64,000 nt of DNA, taken from IMG/VR virus record IMGVR_UViG_3300032304_000900, positions 13,914-77,913 of that record; one strand, given 5' to 3'. Below the pieces are notes generated by a model. That model had not been told where the DNA came from and searched no databases. It saw only the letters and a program-made list of their open reading frames with translations. Origin of the DNA: a virus. Positions 10,701-19,600 of the stretch are shown here, one piece after another; the stretch's first letter is position 1, and the number at the start of each line of letters is the position of its first letter. Both the position numbers and the translations under genes were made by a program.

Positions 10701-11427
10701 CAGGAATTCTTTGCGGAGCAAAACGGAAAGCTGAAGTAACTTGATTGACTGCTGCGTTCGATTGCAATGTTAAAGAAGTATCTGTTTCAACTGTTGAAAC
10801 AATACCAATTAATGTATCAGAAGAGTTATAAAGCGCATATCCTGGAAAAATTGTAGATAAGAAATTGGTTCCTGCTCCAGTAACAATTGTAGAAGTTGTA
10901 CTTGTTGTTGCGTTACCAGTTCCAGAGTTATAATTAGCATATACAATAATATTTTTAGAACCATTTGTTGCTTGAATATCTGAAACAGCAATTGGTGACT
11001 GTAAGTCAACATAGAACGAAGGACGTCCATTCAATAGAGAAATATTTTCCCATTTGGTTGGTTGTGTTCCGTATTCAAAGTCAGTATCAATCAACGACTG
11101 TGGTGTTGACATGCGCATTTTCTGCACAGGATCTTGATATGTTTCTGCAGGAATAATTTCTTGAACACTATCGTCATAAACGAATTGTAACGAGTCTGAT
11201 GAAGACATCGTTGTTGTGTTATAATTTAACGTAATTATTGTTACACCATTATTAACTGTATATGCAGTTGCAGTTAAGTTTGGATCACTAAAGTTGTAGA
11301 TAACTTTATTCTGTGTTACGTTTGTAATAAGAACAAGATTTTCTCTTTGAATCGCTTTCGGAATTGAAACTATGCGAGACGCAGGAGTAAATGTATAATA
11401 CTGTTCAGTTAGGACTTTTTTGGCCAT
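7750..11427 (-). CDS. Large virion structural protein (fibre/receptor-binding-like), paralogue of 12475..15552
   Basis: 1225 aa, Thr/Ser/Gly-rich beta protein in the neck/fibre region with its own late promoter; shares long conserved blocks with the 1025-aa ORF. Confidence 0.7.
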   Translation of the reverse strand: MAKKVLTEQYYTFTPASRIVSIPKAIQRENLVLITNVTQNKVIYNFSDPNLTATAYTVNNGVTIITLNYNTTTMSSSDSLQFVYDDSVQEIIPAETYQDPVQKMRMSTPQSLIDTDFEYGTQPTKWENISLLNGRPSFYVDLQSPIAVSDIQATNGSKNIIVYANYNSGTGNATTSTTSTIVTGAGTNFLSTIFPGYALYNSSDTLIGIVSTVETDTSLTLQSNAAVNQVTSAFRFAPQRIPDVGSPIQVQESLFTAANGGYLIELTTPVIASSRWEIRYRSSANFPGTTGSIFNTGITTTYAGSFYTNSQIVISSAAAFSATAAGSPANDIVVVITTTRDHGLTLGNLVYLTGAATISTGTNPGGTSYTVMAVYSPRKFGVLMAAGSNVPTITAVGSLSCYVRNESTFAHRPFDGGVRFSTNTQSHNYQALRQTRRYFRYQSGKGIQFSTGSVLRPNFTLDTISSVGNIATATSKEPHNLQPGISINISGATEPGLSTSAYNGNFTVLDVNNEFDFTYQMASTPSVTTAFGFPIVGATGWYGAGIRVGMFDQNNGFYFEYDGQNLTAVRRNSTTQLSGLVAVTNGSDEVNSVTSLGTGKQTKFLKQLNPGDWISVKGMSYRVMEVINDLRIRINPEYRGATISGGVVNKINEVRIPQSQWNIDRCDGYGPSGFTLDLNKMQMIYCDYAWYGAGAIRFGFKDQEGRIIYCHRIVNSNINTEAYMRSGNLPARYETHTFTPYTYITQTFTSGTSTLTVNSTEGFPNSGVLLIADPGRTSADAALTGGSPGGADYYEYVQYSSKTATTFTVTQRGAGLGMNGATIAGYRSDYFNTGGGTVATVNGSNTVTTSKGFAQNSIGNSLNMAPIGAFVTGTNIPENTFITGFNSSASTIELSQACTGTGNITNFNVYAASSNANGANNSGTTHTYDTDGPVIPVFLHTNQFAPTANHWGTSVIMDGRYDDDKSLVFTAGNPSYVTNYTTTINAVLSLRVAPSVDNGASGVLGLKEIINRMQLTLRSIGVTSNGAFFIRIILNPRFITNAPTFQNVGGSSLSQVVYHPSGTQITGGETIFAFYTDQGGGGLNYTVTTDELDKVRDLGNSVLGGGLVNSLTLNSNVNIYPDGPDIITICCSNVLQPITVSPTTTTAGSPIVVINDVTGFEVGWVVSSSSGGTAAGGVVKSITAKAGGGYDVAFSKNATSGTNGTVVLSPPGNLAARISWTEAQA

Positions 11428-11457
11428 TTAAGACGCTCCGTATTTAATCTTCTATGT

Positions 11458-11465
11458 TATTTATA
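11458..11465 (-). promoter_or_regulatory. Canonical T4 late promoter TATAAATA
   Basis: Exact TATAAATA about 30 nt upstream of the ATG at 11427. Confidence 0.8.
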
Positions 11466-12464
11466 TTATGGTTGTGATATCTCTCGTAAAACCCAACCAT
11501 ACTCCATATATTGATGCACAAGATAGTTTGTTCCTGACCCTGCGTGATTGAAATATTGGAGTTTGTAAGTTACTGGCAAAACAGTATTTGGTGTATCGAA
11601 ATATCTTAATGTTGCCTCGTCCCATCCACCCTCTTTATAGAACCAACCATATGCATATCTACTTGCGCCACCACTTCTTGGAGTTAATGTGGTGTATCCA
11701 CCACCATTGATATCACGCAACAAGATTGCGCCAAGTTGAGATGAAGCAGCAGCACCATATGCCATGGTTGAAAAGAAAACAACTTCTATTCTGCTATTTG
11801 CGAACTTTGGTGTTATGGTAGCTGTCAGAGGAGCATCAGCAGGTGTTGTTGTGGCTGTTGATATATGCGAAGTTGGCATTGTTGTAAAGAATCTCTCCTG
11901 AACAACAGTTGGTGCATTCATAGCAGTAGTCAAATACTGTATTGAAGGCACATCCAAATATGTTACTGGATTGTCGAGATAACCAATCCAAGAAGTTCCA
12001 CCATCAAATGTCACAAATTTAAATACATCAATTCTGTTTGGTATTGTTTGTAATGTTGGATAAATTGGATTACCAGCTGAAAGACCAGTATTTGGCCAAC
12101 GAATATTTGTTGCTGTGTTCCATAAGATTGCTCTACCACCTACCGTATCTTGATTAAAATATACGGTAATGATAAGAGATCCGTCAGTAGAAGGTGGGAC
12201 GTTGTTAAATGTAATTCCTGTTGCATTTGCTCGAAGAATAACATTATGCGTTTGATAATTACAATCTATAACAACATTTTGACTATTGATGTCATGATAT
12301 GTCGTCACAAATGGTGAGGCAACACGCTTCGTATAAAGGGTGTTGCCAACACGGAGATCGTTTCTAACGCCAACATTATTACCAAGGGAGACATTATCTC
12401 CCTCAGCAACAATTTGATCACCTACTCTTAGACCATTTTGAGGTAAAGATAGTTCTGTTGACAT
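11466..12464 (-). CDS. Putative tail-fibre/adhesin-type structural protein
   Basis: 332 aa; central W...W...PTL...DVFKFVTFDGGTSWIG module typical of phage fibre domains; sits between the two large paralogues. Confidence 0.55.
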   Translation of the reverse strand: MSTELSLPQNGLRVGDQIVAEGDNVSLGNNVGVRNDLRVGNTLYTKRVASPFVTTYHDINSQNVVIDCNYQTHNVILRANATGITFNNVPPSTDGSLIITVYFNQDTVGGRAILWNTATNIRWPNTGLSAGNPIYPTLQTIPNRIDVFKFVTFDGGTSWIGYLDNPVTYLDVPSIQYLTTAMNAPTVVQERFFTTMPTSHISTATTTPADAPLTATITPKFANSRIEVVFFSTMAYGAAASSQLGAILLRDINGGGYTTLTPRSGGASRYAYGWFYKEGGWDEATLRYFDTPNTVLPVTYKLQYFNHAGSGTNYLVHQYMEYGWVLREISQP

Positions 12465-12474
12465 TTACACATCA

Positions 12475-15400
12475 TTATGCTTGTGCTTCAGTCCAAGCCA
12501 CACGACAAGCAATATCCTGAGCAGTACCAGTAATATTTGTTACAACAACGTGAATAGTATCTGGACCATCTGGATAAATGTTTGCGTTACCAGCAGTACC
12601 ACCACCACCAAGGATAGAGTTACCTAGATCACGGACAAGATTCAAATCTTGTGCAGTGGTTGTAAAACCAGTACCAGATCCTGGGTTTGTATAGAAACCA
12701 CCGATAATTTCACCACCAGACATTGTTGTACCAGCTGTGTAGATGATATACTGAGCCAGTGACGAACCACCCTGTGATAACCATGTACCAGCAGTTGACG
12801 GAGTTGAGTTCAAGAACAACTGAACTAGGAAACGTCCATTAGATAGAACACCAATTTGACGTAGAACCATTTGCATGCGGTTTACGATATCACGAGAACC
12901 AATTGCAGAAGCAGCGGATCCGTTCGATACGTGAGGTGCGATACGTAGAGCCAACACTGCGTTTGTTGCGCCAATACCAATGTTAATTGGTGCTGTCATA
13001 CCACGCAAGAACACGAATGATTTATCGTCATCGAAACGACCATCCATCATTACGGAAGTACCCCAGTGATTAATTTGTGAACCAACTAGTGGCGCATGTA
13101 ATTGAATAACTGTTGGTGCTGTTGCTGAGAATGTAAATGTCTGAGCAGTTTGTCCCATTGGAGCGTATACCAATGTTGTAGTTGCTGAAGACTGAGCAGC
13201 ACGACTTAGTGTAATTGATGTATTAGCAATAAAACTCACAACATATGTGCCGTGTGGGAAAATGCCCAAAGAAGGAGCCACGACATACTGACCAATTTGA
13301 ACACCTGTTGTTGAAGAAACAGTTACTGTATTAGAACCACTAGTATGTGTGCTGCTTATAGAACCACCTGCTTGACCACGAGTAATACCACCAAATGTAG
13401 TAGCTGATTTGGTTGTGTAGTTAATATATTCTGTTTGAGTGCCGTTGCGGACCATCAATGTGCCAGAACTTGGAAATTCGGTAGTTGATGTTACGTTGAT
13501 TGTTGTATCAGAAGAACCGAAAGTAGCAGTAGAGAATGTATACTTAGAAATAGTATTTGTCTCATAGCGAGCTGGTAAGTTACCAGAACGCATATATGCT
13601 TCAGAATTCAAGTTGTTATTCATTTGTCTGTGACAGTAAATAATGTTACCATCAGCAGCACGGAAACCCCAACGAATGTAACCAGCACCGTACCATGAGT
13701 AGTCCATGTAGTACATTTGCATCTTAGATGTATCTAAAACAAAGCCACTTGGACCTGTACCATCGCAACGATCCATGTTCCAAGCAGATTGTGCAATTCT
13801 GGTATCGACTGTTTTAGAAATAATACCTTTTGTCAAGTTAGAAGTACCACGATATGCTGGGTAAATTGTCATGCTTGTGTCAGAAGCGATGTTTAGAACA
13901 CGATAAGTATGACCACGCAATACGATAAAATCGTTTGGTTGTAATTGTTTAGCGAACTGAGTTGTTACACCATTTGTTGTTAAACCAGTAACTGTGTTAT
14001 CAGCAGCGTTGATGGAAACGAAACCACCGATTTGATATGTTGAAGAGCGACGAACAGCAAACAGTCCTTGTCCATCGTGTTCAAAGAAGATACCATTCTG
14101 ACTGTCAAATATACCAGTGCGGTTTGTACCACCATACCATGAGTCAACACTGATTTGGAAGTTACCAGAAGCTGTTGCTGCTGATGGTGTACCAGAAGCA
14201 GTATATTCAAAACGATAACGATCAATTACACGTGTTACAGCGTATGTTCCGTTATATGCAGATTCGGTTGTGCCAAACACTTTAATACTAACTGTTGGCT
14301 GTAAGTTGTGTGGGAACTTGGTGTAAACAGTTACAGTAGAGCCTGATGATGTCATCGCATCAACAGCTATCTGTGACTTTAGTGCTGTACCAGTCGATAC
14401 TTGAACACCTTTACCAGACTGGTAACGGAAGTAACGACGTGTCTGACGAATCATTTGTTGATTGTGAGAAGGTGTATTTGTAGAGAATGATACACCACCA
14501 TCAAATGGACGATGATTTGATGTTCCAGGAGGGCGCACGTAAATGGTGTTAGCAGAACCTGTTGGAGCACCAGCGTTAGCAGTAGTATCTGTGTAGAAGC
14601 AGAATACAGTTGGTGATAGAATAGAGTAAACAAAGTGATTACCATATTGAGAATCTGTTGCACCACCTGTTTTGCTGTTAATCAAAGCAATTTCGTTACC
14701 AATCTCAAGACCATGTGGTAATGTGCAAGTAACTTGTTGTAACTGACCAGATGGAGCAGCGTAAGTTGGTGTACCACCTAAACCTGCACCAGTAAAGAAC
14801 TGTGCGTCATAAATTGTTGTTGGGATATTAGCATCATTGATATCTGTTGATGGTGTACTACCAGTAATCCATGCTTCGTTTGCTTTATAAGTGAAAGAGG
14901 TACCACCTGGAACTGTTTCGATTATGAATAAACCATTAGCAGGTGCCCAAGCTGAATCTTGAATCATTACCATTTGACCAACTACGAAACCAGTTGAAGA
15001 ACCTACAGTTACAGTAACAAGACGAGATCCGTTTGATACTGTTAAGTTTGTAATTGTTGTAGCAGATGCTTGGCTGCGACCAAAGTTTGGACGATCCAAG
15101 TTAATGAAAGCGGATGGACGATTATTGATTAATGATAATTGTTCCCATTTAGTTGGCTGTAAACCATATTCAAAGTCAGTATCAATTAAAGATTGTGGCT
15201 GAGAAGTACGGAATTTACCAACTGGATCCATTAATGTTTCGCCAGGAGTAAACTTACTTTCGTATTCGTCAACGATAACTTGTAGTTTATCGTTCGCTCC
15301 CATTGATGTTGTATTATATTGCAATACGATTGTTGTAATCGCATCACTTTGGTATCCTAACGCTGCACCACCTGTAGTGTGCGTGTAAGATGTTGCCTTC

Positions 15401-15552
15401 AGGTTTGGATCACTGAAGTTGTAAATCACTGTATTTGTTGTTACATTGGTAATCAACAGGAGCGATTCACGTTTGACAGCACGTCTTAGTGTAATTGTTC
15501 TTGTTGATGGGTCAAATGTATAATATTGATCAGGTAGGACATTTCTTGCCAT
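12475..15552 (-). CDS. Large virion structural protein, paralogue of 7750..11427
   Basis: 1025 aa; shares PQSLIDTDFEYGxQPTKWE, RQTRRYFRYQSGKG, YMRSGNLPARYET, HWGTSVxMDGR and the C-terminal WTEAQA. Confidence 0.7.
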   Translation of the reverse strand: MARNVLPDQYYTFDPSTRTITLRRAVKRESLLLITNVTTNTVIYNFSDPNLKATSYTHTTGGAALGYQSDAITTIVLQYNTTSMGANDKLQVIVDEYESKFTPGETLMDPVGKFRTSQPQSLIDTDFEYGLQPTKWEQLSLINNRPSAFINLDRPNFGRSQASATTITNLTVSNGSRLVTVTVGSSTGFVVGQMVMIQDSAWAPANGLFIIETVPGGTSFTYKANEAWITGSTPSTDINDANIPTTIYDAQFFTGAGLGGTPTYAAPSGQLQQVTCTLPHGLEIGNEIALINSKTGGATDSQYGNHFVYSILSPTVFCFYTDTTANAGAPTGSANTIYVRPPGTSNHRPFDGGVSFSTNTPSHNQQMIRQTRRYFRYQSGKGVQVSTGTALKSQIAVDAMTSSGSTVTVYTKFPHNLQPTVSIKVFGTTESAYNGTYAVTRVIDRYRFEYTASGTPSAATASGNFQISVDSWYGGTNRTGIFDSQNGIFFEHDGQGLFAVRRSSTYQIGGFVSINAADNTVTGLTTNGVTTQFAKQLQPNDFIVLRGHTYRVLNIASDTSMTIYPAYRGTSNLTKGIISKTVDTRIAQSAWNMDRCDGTGPSGFVLDTSKMQMYYMDYSWYGAGYIRWGFRAADGNIIYCHRQMNNNLNSEAYMRSGNLPARYETNTISKYTFSTATFGSSDTTINVTSTTEFPSSGTLMVRNGTQTEYINYTTKSATTFGGITRGQAGGSISSTHTSGSNTVTVSSTTGVQIGQYVVAPSLGIFPHGTYVVSFIANTSITLSRAAQSSATTTLVYAPMGQTAQTFTFSATAPTVIQLHAPLVGSQINHWGTSVMMDGRFDDDKSFVFLRGMTAPINIGIGATNAVLALRIAPHVSNGSAASAIGSRDIVNRMQMVLRQIGVLSNGRFLVQLFLNSTPSTAGTWLSQGGSSLAQYIIYTAGTTMSGGEIIGGFYTNPGSGTGFTTTAQDLNLVRDLGNSILGGGGTAGNANIYPDGPDTIHVVVTNITGTAQDIACRVAWTEAQA

Positions 15553-15587
15553 TTTTAGTCTCCGTTGATTATTAGTCCAATTTTCTT

Positions 15588-15595
15588 TATTTAGT
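15588..15595 (-). promoter_or_regulatory. Late promoter ACTAAATA
   Basis: Octamer about 36 nt upstream of the ATG at 15552. Confidence 0.7.
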
Positions 15596-15599
15596 TTAC

Positions 15600-16067
15600 T
15601 TAAGAAAGCACAATTGGGATTGCTCTGAAAATATTCCTTGTTGCAGTGTTAACACTATTAACATATGTTCCCAACAATCTTCCATAAAATTTTTGTCCTC
15701 TGTTGGGTGCGTTTACGAAAGTAATATTACTTCCAGAAACAGTATAGTCACCCTCAAGAACAACATCTACTTCTTGTTGAAATACATACTCTTCGTATGT
15801 ATTAACACTATATGGTGTCAGCAACAAATTGCCAAGAGATACTAACAGCGCATGTGGACTGCTAACACTAACAGGAACTGTATTATAGGTCAACGAAAAT
15901 GATTTTGTTGATCCATCAAAGTTGTTTGTTAATTCATCCAACAATGTAACAGTCGCTGCATCTCTCAGATTGATGAAATTTTGATCAATCTCAGAAGCAG
16001 TAAGAGGAGATCCTTTTGTGGTATCTCCTGCATTACTTAATGTTCTTAGCGTTAAATTGCCAGCCAC
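15600..16067 (-). CDS. Fibre adaptor-like structural protein
   Basis: N-terminal KGSPLTASEIDQNFINL, a motif common at the N-termini of phage fibre proteins; C-terminal FDGSTKSFSL...YTVSGSNITFVNAP module; GTG start. Confidence 0.55.
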   Translation of the reverse strand: MAGNLTLRTLSNAGDTTKGSPLTASEIDQNFINLRDAATVTLLDELTNNFDGSTKSFSLTYNTVPVSVSSPHALLVSLGNLLLTPYSVNTYEEYVFQQEVDVVLEGDYTVSGSNITFVNAPNRGQKFYGRLLGTYVNSVNTATRNIFRAIPIVLS

Positions 16068-16081
16068 ATCAAACCCCTATA

Positions 16082-16549
16082 TTAAGGTGCGTTGATTGTG
16101 ATTGTCCAAGTAATTGCTAATGTATCTGCTGGGTCTTTATTAACAACAGCAAAAGTGGTACGACACAACATTGTTCCACCAGAACTATTGTTGAAAATAC
16201 CTGCTTCTTGAATACCTTGCGAAGTAGCTGGATTGTTTGGTAAGAATGTACCAACATAAGTAACTACGTTCGCAGCATTAGAAGCTGCTGGCGAAAATGT
16301 GACACGTGTTCCAACCTCACCACCAAGAGCAGTATCACCTGCAGCTGCAGCAGTAGCGTTAGTACCAATAGCCATATGTGTCATAGCAGCTGGTGAGTTT
16401 GTTGTTGTCTTGAGCATAGAAGCTGCGATAAATGTTTTACCAGTATCAACAACTAAGTTCTTAATTTCTCTCTCATCTTTAACTTTGCCATCTGGACTGA
16501 TAACCTGAATTTTCAGGCGTCCAACTGCAGCTAAATCTTCGTAAATCAT
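16082..16549 (-). CDS. Small virion structural (fibre-associated) protein
   Basis: NLVVDTGK...MAIGT...DTALGGE...EAGIFN...GTMLCRTTFAVVNK...WTIT pattern typical of phage tail-fibre-associated proteins; AAGGAG SD. Confidence 0.6.
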   Translation of the reverse strand: MIYEDLAAVGRLKIQVISPDGKVKDEREIKNLVVDTGKTFIAASMLKTTTNSPAAMTHMAIGTNATAAAAGDTALGGEVGTRVTFSPAASNAANVVTYVGTFLPNNPATSQGIQEAGIFNNSSGGTMLCRTTFAVVNKDPADTLAITWTITINAP

Positions 16550-16597
16550 TGTTTTTTTCTCCTTAGATCTATGGTAGGAATCAAATTTCTACTGTTT

Positions 16598-16605
16598 TAT
16601 TTATA
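16598..16605 (-). promoter_or_regulatory. Canonical T4 late promoter TATAAATA
   Basis: Exact octamer upstream of the ATG at 16549. Confidence 0.8.
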
Positions 16606-16609
16606 AACT

Positions 16610-19600
16610 TCAAAATGTTGAGGTTACGATACTTTGCTCATAATCGTCCGCAAAATAGATGATTGGAGTATTAGTTGCGTAGCCATTTGGTGGATATAAT
16701 CTTGCTGCACCTGACGTGTTCGCTTCGAATGTATCCGAAACTCTTTTTGTTACACTGAATATCGTTTCATCTGCTGGCAACATCAGTTCAGTTACATAAT
16801 CTGGCCAATATTGTGTTAACTCGTTAAAATTCTCGAGTTCCATATAATCGTTCCAGATATGTGCCCTATATGAGCCACCCTGTTTATTATATTGTATAGT
16901 ATCAGAATCTACTGTTCTTACTTTGTCTCTCTTAAATTCTGTATATGCTCCAAATGTCAATAATCTTGGATCAAAACTTAATATTTCATATGAATCAATC
17001 CAGAAGAAGTCAGATTGATCGCCAAGGATTTTGCTATATCCTTTTTGTGGCAAATCAGTTGCTCTTGACAAATCGCTTGAGTTTTTGCCTTTAGCAAATA
17101 TAACAGAATCAGTCGCTCTTGGAACATCGCTTAAACCTTTTGTTGGTCTCTTTACAATTACATCAACTGAAGTTAGATACTCAACTCTGTAATCTGGATA
17201 ATTTTGAGCAAGTTCATTAAATGGATGAAATTCATTATAATCATTCCAAACTTGCCATACATTAGAACCAGCAGTTTTTCCGAATTGTCTGTTGCTATTA
17301 AATCCAGCATTTATGATCTCTGCTTTTGCACCTGGAGAGAACTGAATACTTGGTTGAGAAACAGCTGTTGGTGTTTCTGCACAAACTCTGTTGAAATTTA
17401 CAGTTTTAGATAACGCATCAGCAGCCACCATAAATTCTGTTCTAAATGGTGTTCTGATTAGTTCATATAATTCCTCATAAACAAACTCTTCAGTATACTT
17501 ATTGAATATTGTATAAGGGAATGCATTGTTTGATGGACCATAATAACCATAAGTCAACAATGTCAAATCATAAACAGATCTTGCTGTTTCTAAGTAATCA
17601 TTCCATGTGTTTACTGGATCTTGACCACCAACTTTTGTGTAGTTAATTACATCAGCGTCTGGTAATGTAACTCTATCAATTTTGTAATCTGGATAATTGC
17701 CAAAACGAATATCTTCCTCATAGTTACTTACATATGCGATGTAAAGAGGATTCCATATATTTCTATCAACAGAAACAGTGGTATCACCAATATATGGTTT
17801 TGTTATAACCCTTGGCATTGTTTCTGTTAAACCAACAAATTCTACTGAAATTTTTCCATAGTCGAGTCTAATAACTTCAACTGGTCTAATTATTTCTGTT
17901 ACATAATCCTGAGCAAATTGTAAACGCAAATCTCTATCATAGAATATTTCCTCATTGAAGAAATAGTCCATGATACTTTGTGTTCTACCACCCTGTTTTG
18001 TAAACAGGTTTGCCTTTTGATCAGTAATTTTACCAATATCAACTGTAGAATCTGTTCCACGATAGTAATATTGTGCTAATTCTAAAGATACCTCAAGTTC
18101 TGGATAATCCTGCCAAGTGCTATAATATGAAGAAACATTACCTGCAGCCAAACCAACATACCTAGCAAGAGATTCAGATGCTCTTGAAATGTCATTAGTA
18201 CCATAAAGTAATGTAAATAGTGGTCCACCATTTTTAGACAACAGCATCGAATCAGTTATGGTAACTGTGTCATTGAATGTTTTAGATGCTGTCCATATTT
18301 TTGTAAATAGATCAGCAGTTTTAATAGTCTCTGGTCTTGTTGTTGGTTGATACTGAACCAACTCTTGGTCATATTCTGTTGCCAATGTCAATTCAGCAAA
18401 GTCGCTCCAATATGGCGACACTCTAATAATTGGTGATTTCGTAAATGTTTTTGGAGCAGAATCTGTTGTTCTAACAAAATCTGTTTTGCTACCTGGAACA
18501 AATGTTAATGTTAACTCCTCATCCATAATTGGTTCGCCTGTTGGACTATGTTCTCCAATAGGATTAATACCAAGCCAATCACGGAAATATGATGCTAAAC
18601 GACCATCACCACCATTAATAGAAACTTCTTTACCAATTCCTTCTGCTAGGTTGATTTGTTCTGATTTATTTGGTCTAATAGATCTTCTAGCATCATCAGC
18701 AACTCTAGTTATTTCTGTGTATTCTCTAGATCCCCACGTAAATGTAGAGAATTGATCTGTTGCTGTTGCGAATGTTAAATCATTATAATCTCTCCAAACA
18801 TACGAATCGAAATATAGTGTTTTTGTAAATCCTTTTGCTGCCAAATCGGGAACAAGAATAGCATCATATTTTGTTCCATAATCAATACCCATTATACCAG
18901 AGAAAATAAATTCTTGTAAATCTGTCCAAGTATTTACTTGAATTTCTCCAGCAGTTTTGTTTACAACTTTTGTTAATGTTTCATTACCAGCAGCTGCAGT
19001 ATCAGCACTTGGTTTACGAAGTGTAAGAGTTCTTACTTCAAGTAAGTTAATAATTTCAGAATTAGTTTTGGTTAAACCAAGTGTGGCTTTTGAACAAACA
19101 TCAAGAATAGTAACACTTGTTGGTTTGGATTTAATAAATGTTTGTGTTAATTCTTGATCCAAATATGATGGACCACCAAAAGACAATTCATTATAGTCGT
19201 TCCAGAAACCTTGTGGATATGGGTCAACAGCAATTTTAGTAAATGTTCTTGCTGTTGAATCTGTATAAGAAACTTTATCTCCATCAGATCTATCACGAAG
19301 TGTAAATAATAATTCTTGTCCTAAAACATTATGACGACTTAATGATGTTGGACCAATATTAGAAACAAATGGACCTGTCTCGGTAAATGTAATAGTGAAG
19401 TTGTTAATGCTTTCACTGTCGTCAATAATTGGATAAGTGAAATCCAAGAAATCACTAAGAACTGAAGATCTTACTGTAGAAAAGTTAACTGTTAGACCAG
19501 AGATGGTTAAAATACCACCAGTTCCATCTACTGTCGCAACGGTAAACGAACATGATTTACCATTTCCCAAATCAACAGTAAAGAAATTTCCTGCAGTATA

